Origin: a bacterium
GTDB taxonomy: Archaea; Thermoplasmatota; Thermoplasmata; Lutacidiplasmatales; UBA184
Direction of reading: 5' to 3'
Assembly: GCA_027309555.1 (NCBI GenBank)
Contig: DAIDCO010000001.1
Coordinates: 13,036-77,035, forward strand
Length of the DNA: 64,000 bases
The notes beneath the pieces were generated by a model. It was given only the letters and a program-made list of their open reading frames with translations. It was not told the origin of the DNA and ran no database searches. Positions 53,904 through 63,609 of the stretch are shown here, in pieces. The first letter of the stretch is position 1, and each line of letters opens with the position of its first letter. Made by a program: the position numbers and the translations under genes.

Positions 53904-55147
53904 CGGAGCGCCTCCCCGATCTCGAGCCGGAGCGCAGCCCGCGACGCGACCGCGCTCGCGAGCAGCGAGAGCCCCGCGACCCCGAGCGCGATCTCCGCGA
54001 GCACCGTCGGGTCGAACCGCGCGAGCGCCGCCGCTTCCTGGACGGTCGAGGTAGCCCAGGTCGCAAGGCCCTCGACCACGAGGTATCCCGCGAGGATCCC
54101 CGTCAACGCCCCGAGCACGGAGAGCAAGAGGCCCTCGCGCACGATCCCACCGGCGATCGACCAGCCGGGGAGCCCGAGCGCGCGGCGGATGCCGATCGAC
54201 CGATGCTCGGCCTCTACCCGGCGAAGGAGGACGAGGGCGAGGAACAGGAGTCCGATCGTGAGGCCGACCGAGGAGAGGGCGAGGTAGAAACCGGTGAGGA
54301 CCGCGTTCGCGCTCTCGAGTTGTTGCGCCTCTTGGGCGAGCGACGTCACGCTGTAGAGCGGGACGAGGGCTTGGATGCTGCCGCGCACGACCGCGAGCGC
54401 CGACGGGCTCACGGCGACCGCGCCCGTCACGGCCACCTGGACGGTGTCGGCAGCGTCCGGCACCGTGGCCGAGGCACTCGGCCCAAAGCCGGTCATCGTC
54501 TGGAGGTCCGAGAGGGGCAGGAGGACCAGGAAGGCGCCGGTGGGACCCAAGAGGGTCGGCAGCACACCGAACACCCCGGTCACGTTGTACAGGGTGCCGA
54601 GCGAGCGGTTCGTGGTCGGGCTCAGCAGCAGCGTGTCCCCGGTCCCGACGTGTTCGGCGGAGGCAAAGGGGAAGGAGATGAGCACGTCGTAGGTCGCTGG
54701 GCCGCTATAGGAGCCGTTGTCGAAGTGGCGGAGGTCCGTGGGGTCGCCGAGCGGCAGCGGGGAGGGAAAGAGCCCCCGCTCGGCGGGGCTCAAGGTCGGA
54801 CCGAACTGGGCCGGAATGACCCCTTCGGCGAGGACGGGAGAGAGCGCCCCCGAGGTCGTGTAGGCGTCGACGTCGACGCTCAGGACGGGCGAAGCGGCGG
54901 AGACCGAGCCGACGGCGAGGATCCGCTCGGCGAGCGCGTGCGCGTGCGAGATACCGTGGAGCCCCGCCGCACTCACCACGATCTGGTAGCCGGCGTTCTG
55001 GAGCGAGGCGAGCTCGTGAGCCGAGACGCCGCCGCCGACGCTGATGAGTACCACGGGGAGCGCCACGGCCGCGGCGATCGCCGCGACGGCGAGGACTACC
55101 TGGAGGCGGGTGTGACGGAGCGCTCGACCGCGACGGGGCCCTCTCAT
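53900..55147 (-). CDS. FtsX-type ABC transporter permease
   Basis: ATG at 55147 (MRGPRRGRAL) overlaps the upstream stop (ATGA). Has N-terminal TM1, a large extracytoplasmic domain and a C-terminal 3-TM FtsX domain. Confidence 0.85.
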   Translation of the reverse strand: MRGPRRGRALRHTRLQVVLAVAAIAAAVALPVVLISVGGGVSAHELASLQNAGYQIVVSAAGLHGISHAHALAERILAVGSVSAASPVLSVDVDAYTTSGALSPVLAEGVIPAQFGPTLSPAERGLFPSPLPLGDPTDLRHFDNGSYSGPATYDVLISFPFASAEHVGTGDTLLLSPTTNRSLGTLYNVTGVFGVLPTLLGPTGAFLVLLPLSDLQTMTGFGPSASATVPDAADTVQVAVTGAVAVSPSALAVVRGSIQALVPLYSVTSLAQEAQQLESANAVLTGFYLALSSVGLTIGLLFLALVLLRRVEAEHRSIGIRRALGLPGWSIAGGIVREGLLLSVLGALTGILAGYLVVEGLATWATSTVQEAAALARFDPTVLAEIALGVAGLSLLASAVASRAALRLEIGEALR

Positions 55148-56439
55148 GGCGCCCTCAGCTCCTCGGCCACCGGTAGCTGCATCGCTCGCGCCGCGGGGGC
55201 GATCGCGGCGAGCAACCCGACCGCGACCACGGCGAGGACCCCGGACAGGATCACCCCGGCGTCGAACACGACGAAGGAGAACGAGGTGGGAAGCCCGCTG
55301 ACGAGACGGAGGAGGTAGAAGTTCATCGCGGTCGCGCCGAGGTACGCGATCGGAAGGCCGATCCCGAGGCCGATCGCGGCGAGGACCAGCGATTCCTCCA
55401 CGACCGCGAGGCCGACGGACGCCCGCGAGTAGCCGATCGCGCGCAGCAGGGCGAGCTCCCGGCTCCGGTCGTCCACGGACATCTGGAGCACCGTTGTCGC
55501 GAACAGCGCGGCGACGACGAGCCCGATGAGTCCGATCAACGTCCCGAACGTTCGGTAGAGGTCCACGACATGCTGGATCGCACCGAGGATCTGGGAGAGC
55601 GTGAAGATCGTGAGCCCCGGGAAGGCGGCCTGGATCCGCACCTGGTCGGTCGACGCGCTCGTCGGGTCGCGCAGGTGGATGAGCAACACCGACGCGTAGT
55701 CGGTTCCCGAGCTGGCGCCTCCCACGATCGTCTGAAGCTCGGAAAGGTAGACGAAGGAGAGGAGGGCGGACGGGATGAGCCAGAACGGCCCCGAGACGCC
55801 GACGACCTGGAACGCCGAGGCGTTCGCGTACCATCCGGGGATCTCGGAGTTCGTCGCCGGGCTCGCCGGACTCGCCCAGACCCGGTCCCCGACGGTGACC
55901 CGGAGCACCGCGGCGAGCGCCTGGTCGAGCACGATCTCGTGGGTCGTGGGTCCGGAGTAGGTCCCGTTCGCGTAGTGCGGATCTCCCGGTTGCGTGAATC
56001 CGGTGCCGTTGTAGAGGTCCGGCGTCTCGATCCCTCCGTTGTTCGAGGGGATCCAACCGACCGTCCCCGACCCGGTAGGGGTCCAGCCGGCCGGCACCGC
56101 GCTCGCGTTAGCGGCGGACCACAGCGAGGCGTTCCCGAAGACCAGATTCGCGACGAGCCAGGGACTCGCCGTCACGACGTTCGGATCGACCCGGGGGACC
56201 TCGGAAGCGAGCGAGTGGGCGCCCGGGATCGGCGGGAACTCGGTCGACGTGATGGACGTGTTCGCGCTCGCCCCGATCAGGTCGACCCCGCTCGCGGTCG
56301 CGAGCTCCGCCGCGCTCGTCTGGACGCCGTTCGAGAGAGCGAGCAGCGTCACGACCAAGCCGATCGCGAGGCCGAGGCCGAGCGACGTGAGCACGGAACG
56401 GCGGGGTCGTCGCCGTATCGCATCGAGGGCATAGCGCAT
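55144..56439 (-). CDS. FtsX-type ABC transporter permease
   Basis: Same architecture (MRYALDAIRRRPRRSVLTSLGL...). The C-terminal FtsX helices contain the RAIGYS motif. Confidence 0.85.
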   Translation of the reverse strand: MRYALDAIRRRPRRSVLTSLGLGLAIGLVVTLLALSNGVQTSAAELATASGVDLIGASANTSITSTEFPPIPGAHSLASEVPRVDPNVVTASPWLVANLVFGNASLWSAANASAVPAGWTPTGSGTVGWIPSNNGGIETPDLYNGTGFTQPGDPHYANGTYSGPTTHEIVLDQALAAVLRVTVGDRVWASPASPATNSEIPGWYANASAFQVVGVSGPFWLIPSALLSFVYLSELQTIVGGASSGTDYASVLLIHLRDPTSASTDQVRIQAAFPGLTIFTLSQILGAIQHVVDLYRTFGTLIGLIGLVVAALFATTVLQMSVDDRSRELALLRAIGYSRASVGLAVVEESLVLAAIGLGIGLPIAYLGATAMNFYLLRLVSGLPTSFSFVVFDAGVILSGVLAVVAVGLLAAIAPAARAMQLPVAEELRAP

Positions 56440-56457
56440 CGGAGCCTCGCGGCCTCG

Positions 56458-57378
56458 CTACGGGCCGAGCGGCCGGCGCAGCTCTCCGAGCGTCAGCCGG
56501 TGGGCCGCATCGACGTTGTACTTGTGGATCGACTCCTCGCTGACGGTGCTCGCCCGGACCCCGGTCGCGTCCGCGAGCTCGGGGAATCGGTCGGGGATGC
56601 TCGCGAGGAGGTCTCGGACGACGTCTTCGACGAACTTCGGGTGGCGGTGGGCGTCCAGCACGACCTGACCCTCATCGCCGCGCTTCAGGATGGCGTACGT
56701 GGGGCTCGACTGCGAGGCCTCGATCGCGGCGATCACCCGGTCGACCTCGATCTCGACCGCGTCCTCGAGCTCGAAGACGAGTCGGGTCCGGTTCCGCTGA
56801 TTGTGCGAGATCATCGGGAGTGTCTCGAACTGAGGATCGGCGAGCCCCGGGTATTCCTGCAGGAGTTTGGCGCGACAGGTCTCCATCGCGCACGGACACG
56901 CGGTCATCCCCACCGCCTCGGCGCCGACGGATCGACGGAGCGTGACGTGGCCGTCCGGCTCCCGGACCGCTCGGGCTTCCGCAAGCAGTGTGTAATCCTC
57001 GTAGCTACGCTTCTCCTCCGAAATGCCCTTGCGGAGAAAGTATTCGGCGGACGCCTCGACGTACGCCTCGGTGGCGTAGGCGTGGCGCACGAGGAGTTCC
57101 CGGGCGATCGACGAGCAGGCGGACTCGAGGCTATCGACCGGACGGGTCACGGTAGTGTCGACGACCTCGGCGAGGATCTCCGCATTGCGCGAAAGGTCCG
57201 AGCCCTTGCGATCGGAGGGGAGGTCGACCGCGACGCGGAAGGTGACCGCGAGCGTGTTCTGCCGGTCGGGACGCTGGACGACGAGCGGTTTGCGGATCCC
57301 CGAGAGCCCGACGGACCGCAGTCGAAGGCGCCCGTGCGCCGGCGCCTCGGCGTGAACGTCCCGCATCGGTCGCGCCAC
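56458..57378 (-). CDS. mptA: GTP cyclohydrolase MptA (FolE2/type IB family)
   Basis: Has VDLPSDRKGSDLSRN, MTACPCA and ISHNQRNRT motifs typical of the FolE2/MptA family. Confidence 0.85.
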   Translation of the reverse strand: MARPMRDVHAEAPAHGRLRLRSVGLSGIRKPLVVQRPDRQNTLAVTFRVAVDLPSDRKGSDLSRNAEILAEVVDTTVTRPVDSLESACSSIARELLVRHAYATEAYVEASAEYFLRKGISEEKRSYEDYTLLAEARAVREPDGHVTLRRSVGAEAVGMTACPCAMETCRAKLLQEYPGLADPQFETLPMISHNQRNRTRLVFELEDAVEIEVDRVIAAIEASQSSPTYAILKRGDEGQVVLDAHRHPKFVEDVVRDLLASIPDRFPELADATGVRASTVSEESIHKYNVDAAHRLTLGELRRPLGP

Positions 57379-57470
57379 GAGCGGTTCGTTTAAACAGGTT
57401 GGGGGTCGCTCGCGCCGGAGTAACTAACGCCAGACACACCCTTATACGGGGCCGGAGGGTGTGAGGGGCG

Positions 57471-57857
57471 ATGACCGAGCCCGCCTCCACCGCGCCATCG
57501 GCCCCGACGCCCGCGACCCCCACGGTGCCGTCGGCTACTTCGCCCTCGGGACCGTACGCCGAGCGCGAGCGGCTGATCACGGAGAACCTGAAACAGATCT
57601 ACGACCCCGAGATCCCGATGAACATCGTCGACCTTGGGCTCATCTACGGCTTCGAGTGGGACGGGGATCGCGTCACGCTCAAGATGACCCTGACCGCGCC
57701 CGGTTGCCCGGTCGCCGGGATCCTCGCGGAAGAGGTCAAGCTCGCGATCGAGAAGGTCCCCAACGTCGCGACCGCCACGGTGGACCTGACGTGGGACCCG
57801 CCGTGGACGCCAGAGCGCATGAGCGAGTTCGCGAAGCGCCAGTTCGGCTACGCCTGA
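57471..57857 (+). CDS. DUF59/SufT-like Fe-S assembly protein
   Basis: YDPEIPMNIVDLGLIY...TLTAPGCP... is the MIP18/DUF59 core. A P/T/A-rich N-terminal tail is present. Confidence 0.8.
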   Translation: MTEPASTAPSAPTPATPTVPSATSPSGPYAERERLITENLKQIYDPEIPMNIVDLGLIYGFEWDGDRVTLKMTLTAPGCPVAGILAEEVKLAIEKVPNVATATVDLTWDPPWTPERMSEFAKRQFGYA

Positions 57858-57972
57858 GCGAGGCAGATACGCGCCCGCCCCCGTCGGTGCGCGACCGGCA
57901 CGGCCGGGTACGGGACCGCGCGGGGGTACGGCGGGAAGGCGGAAGACCACGCCCTCTTCGGACCGACCCTCC

Positions 57973-60360
57973 GTGACCGATCCCGAGATCCCGTCGGAAC
58001 CGTCGCAAGAGGCTGGCCTCACTTCGCTCGAGGTGGAGCGCCGCCGCGCGCAGTTCGGGCCCAACGAGGTCGCCGAGGAGCGGCCCCATCCGGCCCGTCT
58101 CTTCCTCGGCAAGCTCTGGGGGCCGATCCCGTGGATGCTCGAGATCGCCCTCGGGCTCGAGCTCGCGATCGACCACCTTCCCGAGGCGTTGATCCTCGCG
58201 GGCCTCCTGCTGTTCAATGGCGCGCTCGCCGTCAGCCAGGAACAACAGGCTCGAGCGGCGGTCGAGCTCCTGCGGAGCCGACTCCGCGTCCTGGCGCGCG
58301 CGCGGCGGGACGGCGAGTGGCGGAACGTCGCAGCCCGCGAGCTCGTGCCGGGCGATTTCGTGCACCTGCGGATGGGGGACATCGTCCCGGCCGACTGTCG
58401 CGTCCGCGACGGTCGGGTGGAGGTCGACCAATCGATGCTGACCGGAGAGTCCACGACCGTAAGTCGCGGCCCCGGGGAGGCCCTCTACTCCGGGTCGGTC
58501 CTGCGACGGGGCGAGGCGAGCGGCACAGTGACCGCGACGGGACCGCACAGCTTCTTCGGCCGAACGACCGAGCTCGTCCGTTCGGCGCACGGCCGGGGCC
58601 ACCTCCAGGAGCTGATGTTCCGCATCGTGCGCTACCTCGTAGCGGTCGACGCGTTCTTCGCGATTCTCGTGCTCGCGGACGCGGCCCTCCTGCGCGCGGA
58701 CCTGCTCCTCGCGACGGTCCCGTTCGTGCTGGTCGTGCTCATCTCCTCCATCCCCGCCGCGATGCCGGCGACGTTCACCGTCGCGAACGCGATCGAGGCC
58801 CGCCACCTCGCCGGCCGGGGCGTGCTCGTCACGGACCTCTCGGCGATCGAGGAGGCGGCGGGGATGGACGTCCTCTGCACGGACAAGACCGGGACCTTGA
58901 CGCAGAACCGGCAGTCCGTCGCCGCGGTCGAGCCCCTGACCGACGGGGGACCCGACCCCCTGCTCGCGCTCGCCCGCGCCGCGTGCGACGAAGCGACCCA
59001 GGACCCGATCGACCTCGCGATCCTCCGGGCGGCCGACGCGCGAAACACCGCCCGGCTCGAGCGGACGTCGTTCGTCCCGTTCGACCCCGCGACGAAGCGC
59101 TCCGAGGCCTCGGTCGTGGTCGACGGGCAGGCGCTCCGCGTGGTCCTCGGCCAGCCCGCGATCGTGGCGAGCCTGGCCACGGCCCCGGCCGACCTCGCCG
59201 CCCGCGTCGAGCATCTCGCGGAGAGCGGCGCTCGGGTCCTAGCGGTGGGCGCGGGGCCGTTGGGGGCCCTCGCCCTGGTCGGCCTGCTCGCGCTCGAGGA
59301 CCCCGTACGGGAGGATGCCGCCGCGCTGATCGCGACGCTGCGCTCGATGGGCGTGCGGGTCGTCGTGCTCACCGGCGACACCGTCCCCACGGCGCGGAGC
59401 GTGCTGCGCACGCTCGGGCTCCCAGGGGAGGTAGGAACCCGCGAGGACCTCCGGCGGGACTCCGAGGCGTTCGCGGGATTCGCCGGGGTCTACCCCGAGG
59501 AGAAGCTCGAGCTGGTCCGGTCGCTCCAAGCGTCGGGCCGGATCGCCGGCATGACCGGTGACGGGGTGAACGACGCCCCGGCGCTCAAACAAGCCGAGGT
59601 GGGAATCGCGGTCGCCGCGGCCACCGACGTCGCGAAAGCGGCCGCCAAGATCGTCCTGACCCGCCCGGGGCTCTCCGACATCGTGGAAGCGGTCGAGGGC
59701 GGCCGTCGCGTCTACCGGCGCATGATGACCTGGATGCTCAACAAGATCTCGAAGAACCTCGAGCTGGTCGTCCTCCTCTCCGTCGGCTTCCTCGTCTTCG
59801 GCGTCTTCGTCACGACGCCGCTGCTGGTCCTGGTGATGATCCTCGCCGGCGATTTCGTGACGATTGCGATCGGGACGGACCGGGCCCGAGTATCCCGCGA
59901 GCCCGACCGGTGGAACGTCCGCCGCCTCGTGACGCTGAGCGGGGCGATGGCAGCGGGCTGGCTCGTCCTGTCGTTCACCCTGGTCGTGCTCTCCCTGCGC
60001 GTTTTTGGCCTCAGCGTCGGGAGCCTCCAGACGGTCGTCTTTCTCTACCTCCTATTCTCGGGTCAGGCGACGCTCTACCTCATGCGCGAGCGCGGCCCGC
60101 TCTGGAGCTCGCGGCCGAGCCGTGCCCTCGTAACGGCCTCGGCGCTCGACGTCCTCGTGCTGAGCCTGCTGGCGGTCGGAGGGGTCTTCATGACGCCGAT
60201 CCCCGTGACCTGGGTCCTCGCGCTCCTCGGGATCATCGCGCTCATGGCGCTCGCCCTCGATCGACTGAAGCTTTGGCTCTTCGCGGTCACCGGCGAGTCG
60301 CTCGTCCGGGAGTCCACGGGCGCGGGGACCGCGCCGGTCGTCGGCGCCGCCGGAAGGTAG
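57973..60360 (+). CDS. P-type cation-transporting ATPase (type III H+-ATPase-like)
   Basis: Has CTDKTGTLTQN, TGES, LTGD and MTGDGVNDAPALKQAEVGIAV. Layout is about 10 TM. Confidence 0.93.
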   Translation: MTDPEIPSEPSQEAGLTSLEVERRRAQFGPNEVAEERPHPARLFLGKLWGPIPWMLEIALGLELAIDHLPEALILAGLLLFNGALAVSQEQQARAAVELLRSRLRVLARARRDGEWRNVAARELVPGDFVHLRMGDIVPADCRVRDGRVEVDQSMLTGESTTVSRGPGEALYSGSVLRRGEASGTVTATGPHSFFGRTTELVRSAHGRGHLQELMFRIVRYLVAVDAFFAILVLADAALLRADLLLATVPFVLVVLISSIPAAMPATFTVANAIEARHLAGRGVLVTDLSAIEEAAGMDVLCTDKTGTLTQNRQSVAAVEPLTDGGPDPLLALARAACDEATQDPIDLAILRAADARNTARLERTSFVPFDPATKRSEASVVVDGQALRVVLGQPAIVASLATAPADLAARVEHLAESGARVLAVGAGPLGALALVGLLALEDPVREDAAALIATLRSMGVRVVVLTGDTVPTARSVLRTLGLPGEVGTREDLRRDSEAFAGFAGVYPEEKLELVRSLQASGRIAGMTGDGVNDAPALKQAEVGIAVAAATDVAKAAAKIVLTRPGLSDIVEAVEGGRRVYRRMMTWMLNKISKNLELVVLLSVGFLVFGVFVTTPLLVLVMILAGDFVTIAIGTDRARVSREPDRWNVRRLVTLSGAMAAGWLVLSFTLVVLSLRVFGLSVGSLQTVVFLYLLFSGQATLYLMRERGPLWSSRPSRALVTASALDVLVLSLLAVGGVFMTPIPVTWVLALLGIIALMALALDRLKLWLFAVTGESLVRESTGAGTAPVVGAAGR

Positions 60361-60389
60361 ATGGGGGGCGGGAGTACTTGCTCCCCGCC

Positions 60390-60941
60390 ATGCTCGTTCG
60401 CAACGTCGCCTGGAGCGACTTCCCTGAGCTCCGGGAGATCTACTATCTGCTCTACGAGGAGCGCGACCAAGGTTTCCCGATCGGCATCACGCTCTTCGCG
60501 GACCGACCCTCGTTGGTCGACGAGATCGACTGGTTCGCCGGGGGGTACCGCCACGTGCTCGCCGGGGAGGACCTCTGGTCGGTCGCGGAGATCGACGGCC
60601 ACGTGGTCGGGGCGTGTACGATCCAGCGGCTCGGTCGGGGCCCCGGCTCCGAGCACGGACACGTCGGAGTCCTCGGGATCCTGGTCCACCGCGAGCACCG
60701 GGGGAAGGGCGTCGGCTCGGCGCTCCTCGATCACGCCCTGGCGGCCGCCCGGGGTCGGTTCGACCTCGTGCGCCTCTCGGTGTTCTCGGTCAACACCGGC
60801 GCCCGGCGCCTGTACGAGCGCTTCGGCTTCGTGGTCTCGGGGCACGTGCCCCGGGGGGTGAAGCGGGGGTCGGAGTACCTCGACGAGGAGGAGATGGTGC
60901 TCCTTCTCGACCCCGTCCCGGCTCCGCTCACGAACGCTTAA
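60390..60941 (+). CDS. GNAT-family N-acetyltransferase
   Basis: ATG at 60390. Acetyl-CoA motif VHREHRGKGVGSALL, followed by NTGARRLYERFGF. Confidence 0.85.
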   Translation: MLVRNVAWSDFPELREIYYLLYEERDQGFPIGITLFADRPSLVDEIDWFAGGYRHVLAGEDLWSVAEIDGHVVGACTIQRLGRGPGSEHGHVGVLGILVHREHRGKGVGSALLDHALAAARGRFDLVRLSVFSVNTGARRLYERFGFVVSGHVPRGVKRGSEYLDEEEMVLLLDPVPAPLTNA

Positions 60942-60965
60942 GCGCCCCCGCTCCTCGCCGGACCG

Positions 60966-61661
60966 ATGGTCGGCATCCGCACCTGGCGTCGCGAGCTCGA
61001 GACCGAGCGCGAGATGAAGGACGAGTTCATGGCCCGCCACCCCGAGTCCCCCTTCGTGGCCGGCCGCGTCCCGTTCCACGCGCTCCGTTACTTCCCGCCC
61101 GACCCGGTCTACCGCGTAGCGGCCCGGCTCGAGCGCCGCCCGGTCCCCGAGGAGGCATACCTCCGGACGAACCGGGATAACCAGGCGGTCATGCGCTATC
61201 TCGGCGACCTCGTCTTCTCGCTGCGGGGCCAGTCGCACCGACTGAGGCTCTTCCACGCCGGCGAGGGGGTGGGTACCTCCGTCTTCGTTCCGTTCCGCGA
61301 TGGGACGAGCGGGCGCGACAGCTACGGACCGGGCCGCTACCTCACGCTCGAGATGAACGAGCAGGACGAGTACGAGCTCGACTTCAACCGGGCGTTCAAC
61401 CCCTACTGCGCGTACACGGACGAGTTCGAGTGCGGGTTCCCGCCGGTCGAGAACGACCTCTCGGTGCCGATCCGGGCCGGCGAGATGGTCTGGGCGACCG
61501 AGCGCAACCCGGCGAGCGCGTCGAGCCTGATGCTGAGCCGTGCCGGGAAGCCCCCGCGGGTCGCTCGACCGGCGCGCCGGGAGCCGAGGACGCGGCCGAG
61601 CTCCGCCGCTCGGAGCCCGCAGCGGGCTACGGGAGCGGCCCGAGCGCGAAGATCCCGTTGA
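60966..61661 (+). CDS. DUF1684-domain protein
   Basis: Has YFPPDP.YRV, F.D.TSG..SYG.GRYL and the family pattern DFN.AFNPYCAY. The basic tail overlaps the convergent MarC gene by ~35 nt. Confidence 0.8.
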   Translation: MVGIRTWRRELETEREMKDEFMARHPESPFVAGRVPFHALRYFPPDPVYRVAARLERRPVPEEAYLRTNRDNQAVMRYLGDLVFSLRGQSHRLRLFHAGEGVGTSVFVPFRDGTSGRDSYGPGRYLTLEMNEQDEYELDFNRAFNPYCAYTDEFECGFPPVENDLSVPIRAGEMVWATERNPASASSLMLSRAGKPPRVARPARREPRTRPSSAARSPQRATGAARARRSR

Positions 61662-62262
61662 TCACGAACTGCACCGCGACGGCCGCGAGCAGGAGGCCGA
61701 GGACCCGGGTCATCGCCATCACGCCGACGCGTCCGAGGGCCCGCAGGATCCGCTGACCGTAGCGCAGGATGAGGAAGGCCGCGACCGTGGTGAGGGCGAT
61801 CCCGACGAACGTCGCGAGGATCAGAACCGGGTCGGAGCCGGCGCTCCCCTCGTAGATCATCACGGTCGAGATCGCCCCCGGACCCGCGAGCAGCGGGATC
61901 CCGAGCGGCATCACGGAGATCTCGTCCCGCCGGGCGATCGCCTCTTCCCGGTCCTGGGGAGAGAGCCGCGTGCGACCGAGCTCCCCCTGGAGCATGTCGT
62001 AGGCGACCACGAACAGGAGGATCCCCCCGGCGATCTCGAACGCCGCGAGGGTGAACCCGAACGCCGCGAAGAGGAACCGCCCGATGAGGGCGAAGATCGT
62101 GAGGAGACCGCCGAGGACCATCACCGCTCGGTTGAGGACGACGTGGCGGTCCTCCTCGCTGAACCCGTCCGTGAGCGAGACAAAGAACGGAAGGGTGCCG
62201 ATCGGGTCGACGATCGCAAAGATGCTGACGATGACCGCGGCGTAGAAGGCGAGCTCCGACAT
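61627..62262 (-). CDS. MarC/UPF0056-family membrane protein
   Basis: ATG at 62262 (MSELAFYAAVIVSIFAIVDPIGTLPFF). 6 TM. Confidence 0.85.
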   Translation of the reverse strand: MSELAFYAAVIVSIFAIVDPIGTLPFFVSLTDGFSEEDRHVVLNRAVMVLGGLLTIFALIGRFLFAAFGFTLAAFEIAGGILLFVVAYDMLQGELGRTRLSPQDREEAIARRDEISVMPLGIPLLAGPGAISTVMIYEGSAGSDPVLILATFVGIALTTVAAFLILRYGQRILRALGRVGVMAMTRVLGLLLAAVAVQFVINGIFALGPLP

Positions 62263-62759
62263 CTCCTCGAGACGGCCCCCTACCGTGCCCCGGGAGCGGG
62301 GAGCGTCCGAGCCCATCAATCCTTCGACCGCGGAGCGGACGGGGGGTGGCGGGCGCCCGAGCATTCCGGAGGCTTCGGCGGATCCCTTCCGGTGCTCGTC
62401 GGGTCGAGACCGCAGTCTCGAGCTCCGTCCCGAATACCTCGGGGGACGTAACCAGAGCTCCTGCCACTCCGCCCGAGGTCGCCCGGCGCAGGGCCCTCGA
62501 ACTGCTCGCACGGCATGCGGTACTCGACGGTCTCGGATTCAGGGAGGGGTCTACCAGCGGAGGATCGTGGTCGGCCGCGACGTTGGCCGTGCCAGCGAGA
62601 AGATCGAACTCCGACGCCGGGACCGCTCCTCCCGCCGCCGCGAAACGCTCTCCCTTGGGTGGAACCGGAATCGCGGGCCTGTCGTTGCCTCGGCCGAGGC
62701 CCCGCCCCCGCTCGGCGCGGCTCCCGTCGGCTCCCCCCGGAGCGACCCTCCCGGCCTCG

Positions 62760-63533
62760 CTACCGGACCGCGGCCAGGACGCGGTTTCGCCACCGCCCCC
62801 AGATCACTTCGACCTCTCGGAACCCGGAGTCCCGCAACAGCCGCTCGTGCCCGCGAAGGTCCGGGGTCGGGGTCCGCTCGTGATGACCGGGGAACCGCGC
62901 GCGATGCATCGCGGCCTCGTCCGCGAGGCGAGGCTCCCGGAGGACGGCCCGCCACCACGCAGCCCACGACTCCCCGCCCCCCGGAGACGGGTCGGGGGCA
63001 TCGCTCGCCGCACGGGCCAGTCGTGCGAGGCGTTTGGAATCGGGTGCGAAGCCGAACGAATCGCCGTTCAGGAAAACCCCTCGGGGACGGAGCAGGTCGC
63101 CGAGCCTGTGATAGACCCGGCGAAGCTCGGGTTCGGTGAGCCAGTGGAGCGCGGTCGTGGAGACGGCGGCGTCGAACCTTCCGGCAGGTACGCTCACGCT
63201 CCACCGGGGATCCCGTAGGTCGGCCTCCACCCAGGTCACTCGACCTGCTCTATCACCGAGCGCCGTGCGGCCCAGACGGAGCGTTATCGGGTCGAAGTCG
63301 AGGGCGACGACCCGGGCTTCGGGATAACGATCGAGGAGGCGCTCGGTGAGCGATCCCGTGCCGCAGCCGAGGTCGAGCGCCCGAAATCGGGGCCCGACGG
63401 CCCGGCCTATCGCGTCCAGGATCGCGTCGAATCGCTCCTCCCGCCCCGGGATCAGGCGCTCTTGCTGACGGTCCCACCGGCGGCGCCACGCACGCGCCAC
63501 CCCCACGGTCAGCCGGGCTCGAGAGCTCGTCAT
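62760..63533 (-). CDS. class I SAM-dependent methyltransferase
   Basis: Motif I ALDLGCGTGSL and motif II VVALDFD. Confidence 0.85.
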   Translation of the reverse strand: MTSSRARLTVGVARAWRRRWDRQQERLIPGREERFDAILDAIGRAVGPRFRALDLGCGTGSLTERLLDRYPEARVVALDFDPITLRLGRTALGDRAGRVTWVEADLRDPRWSVSVPAGRFDAAVSTTALHWLTEPELRRVYHRLGDLLRPRGVFLNGDSFGFAPDSKRLARLARAASDAPDPSPGGGESWAAWWRAVLREPRLADEAAMHRARFPGHHERTPTPDLRGHERLLRDSGFREVEVIWGRWRNRVLAAVR

Positions 63534-63609
63534 GTCGGCGATACCGGCCTCGCCCCGATAGCGGTTCGCCCCCTCTCCGCTCGACCGCCGCCTCGCCCTT
63601 CCGCGGGGG

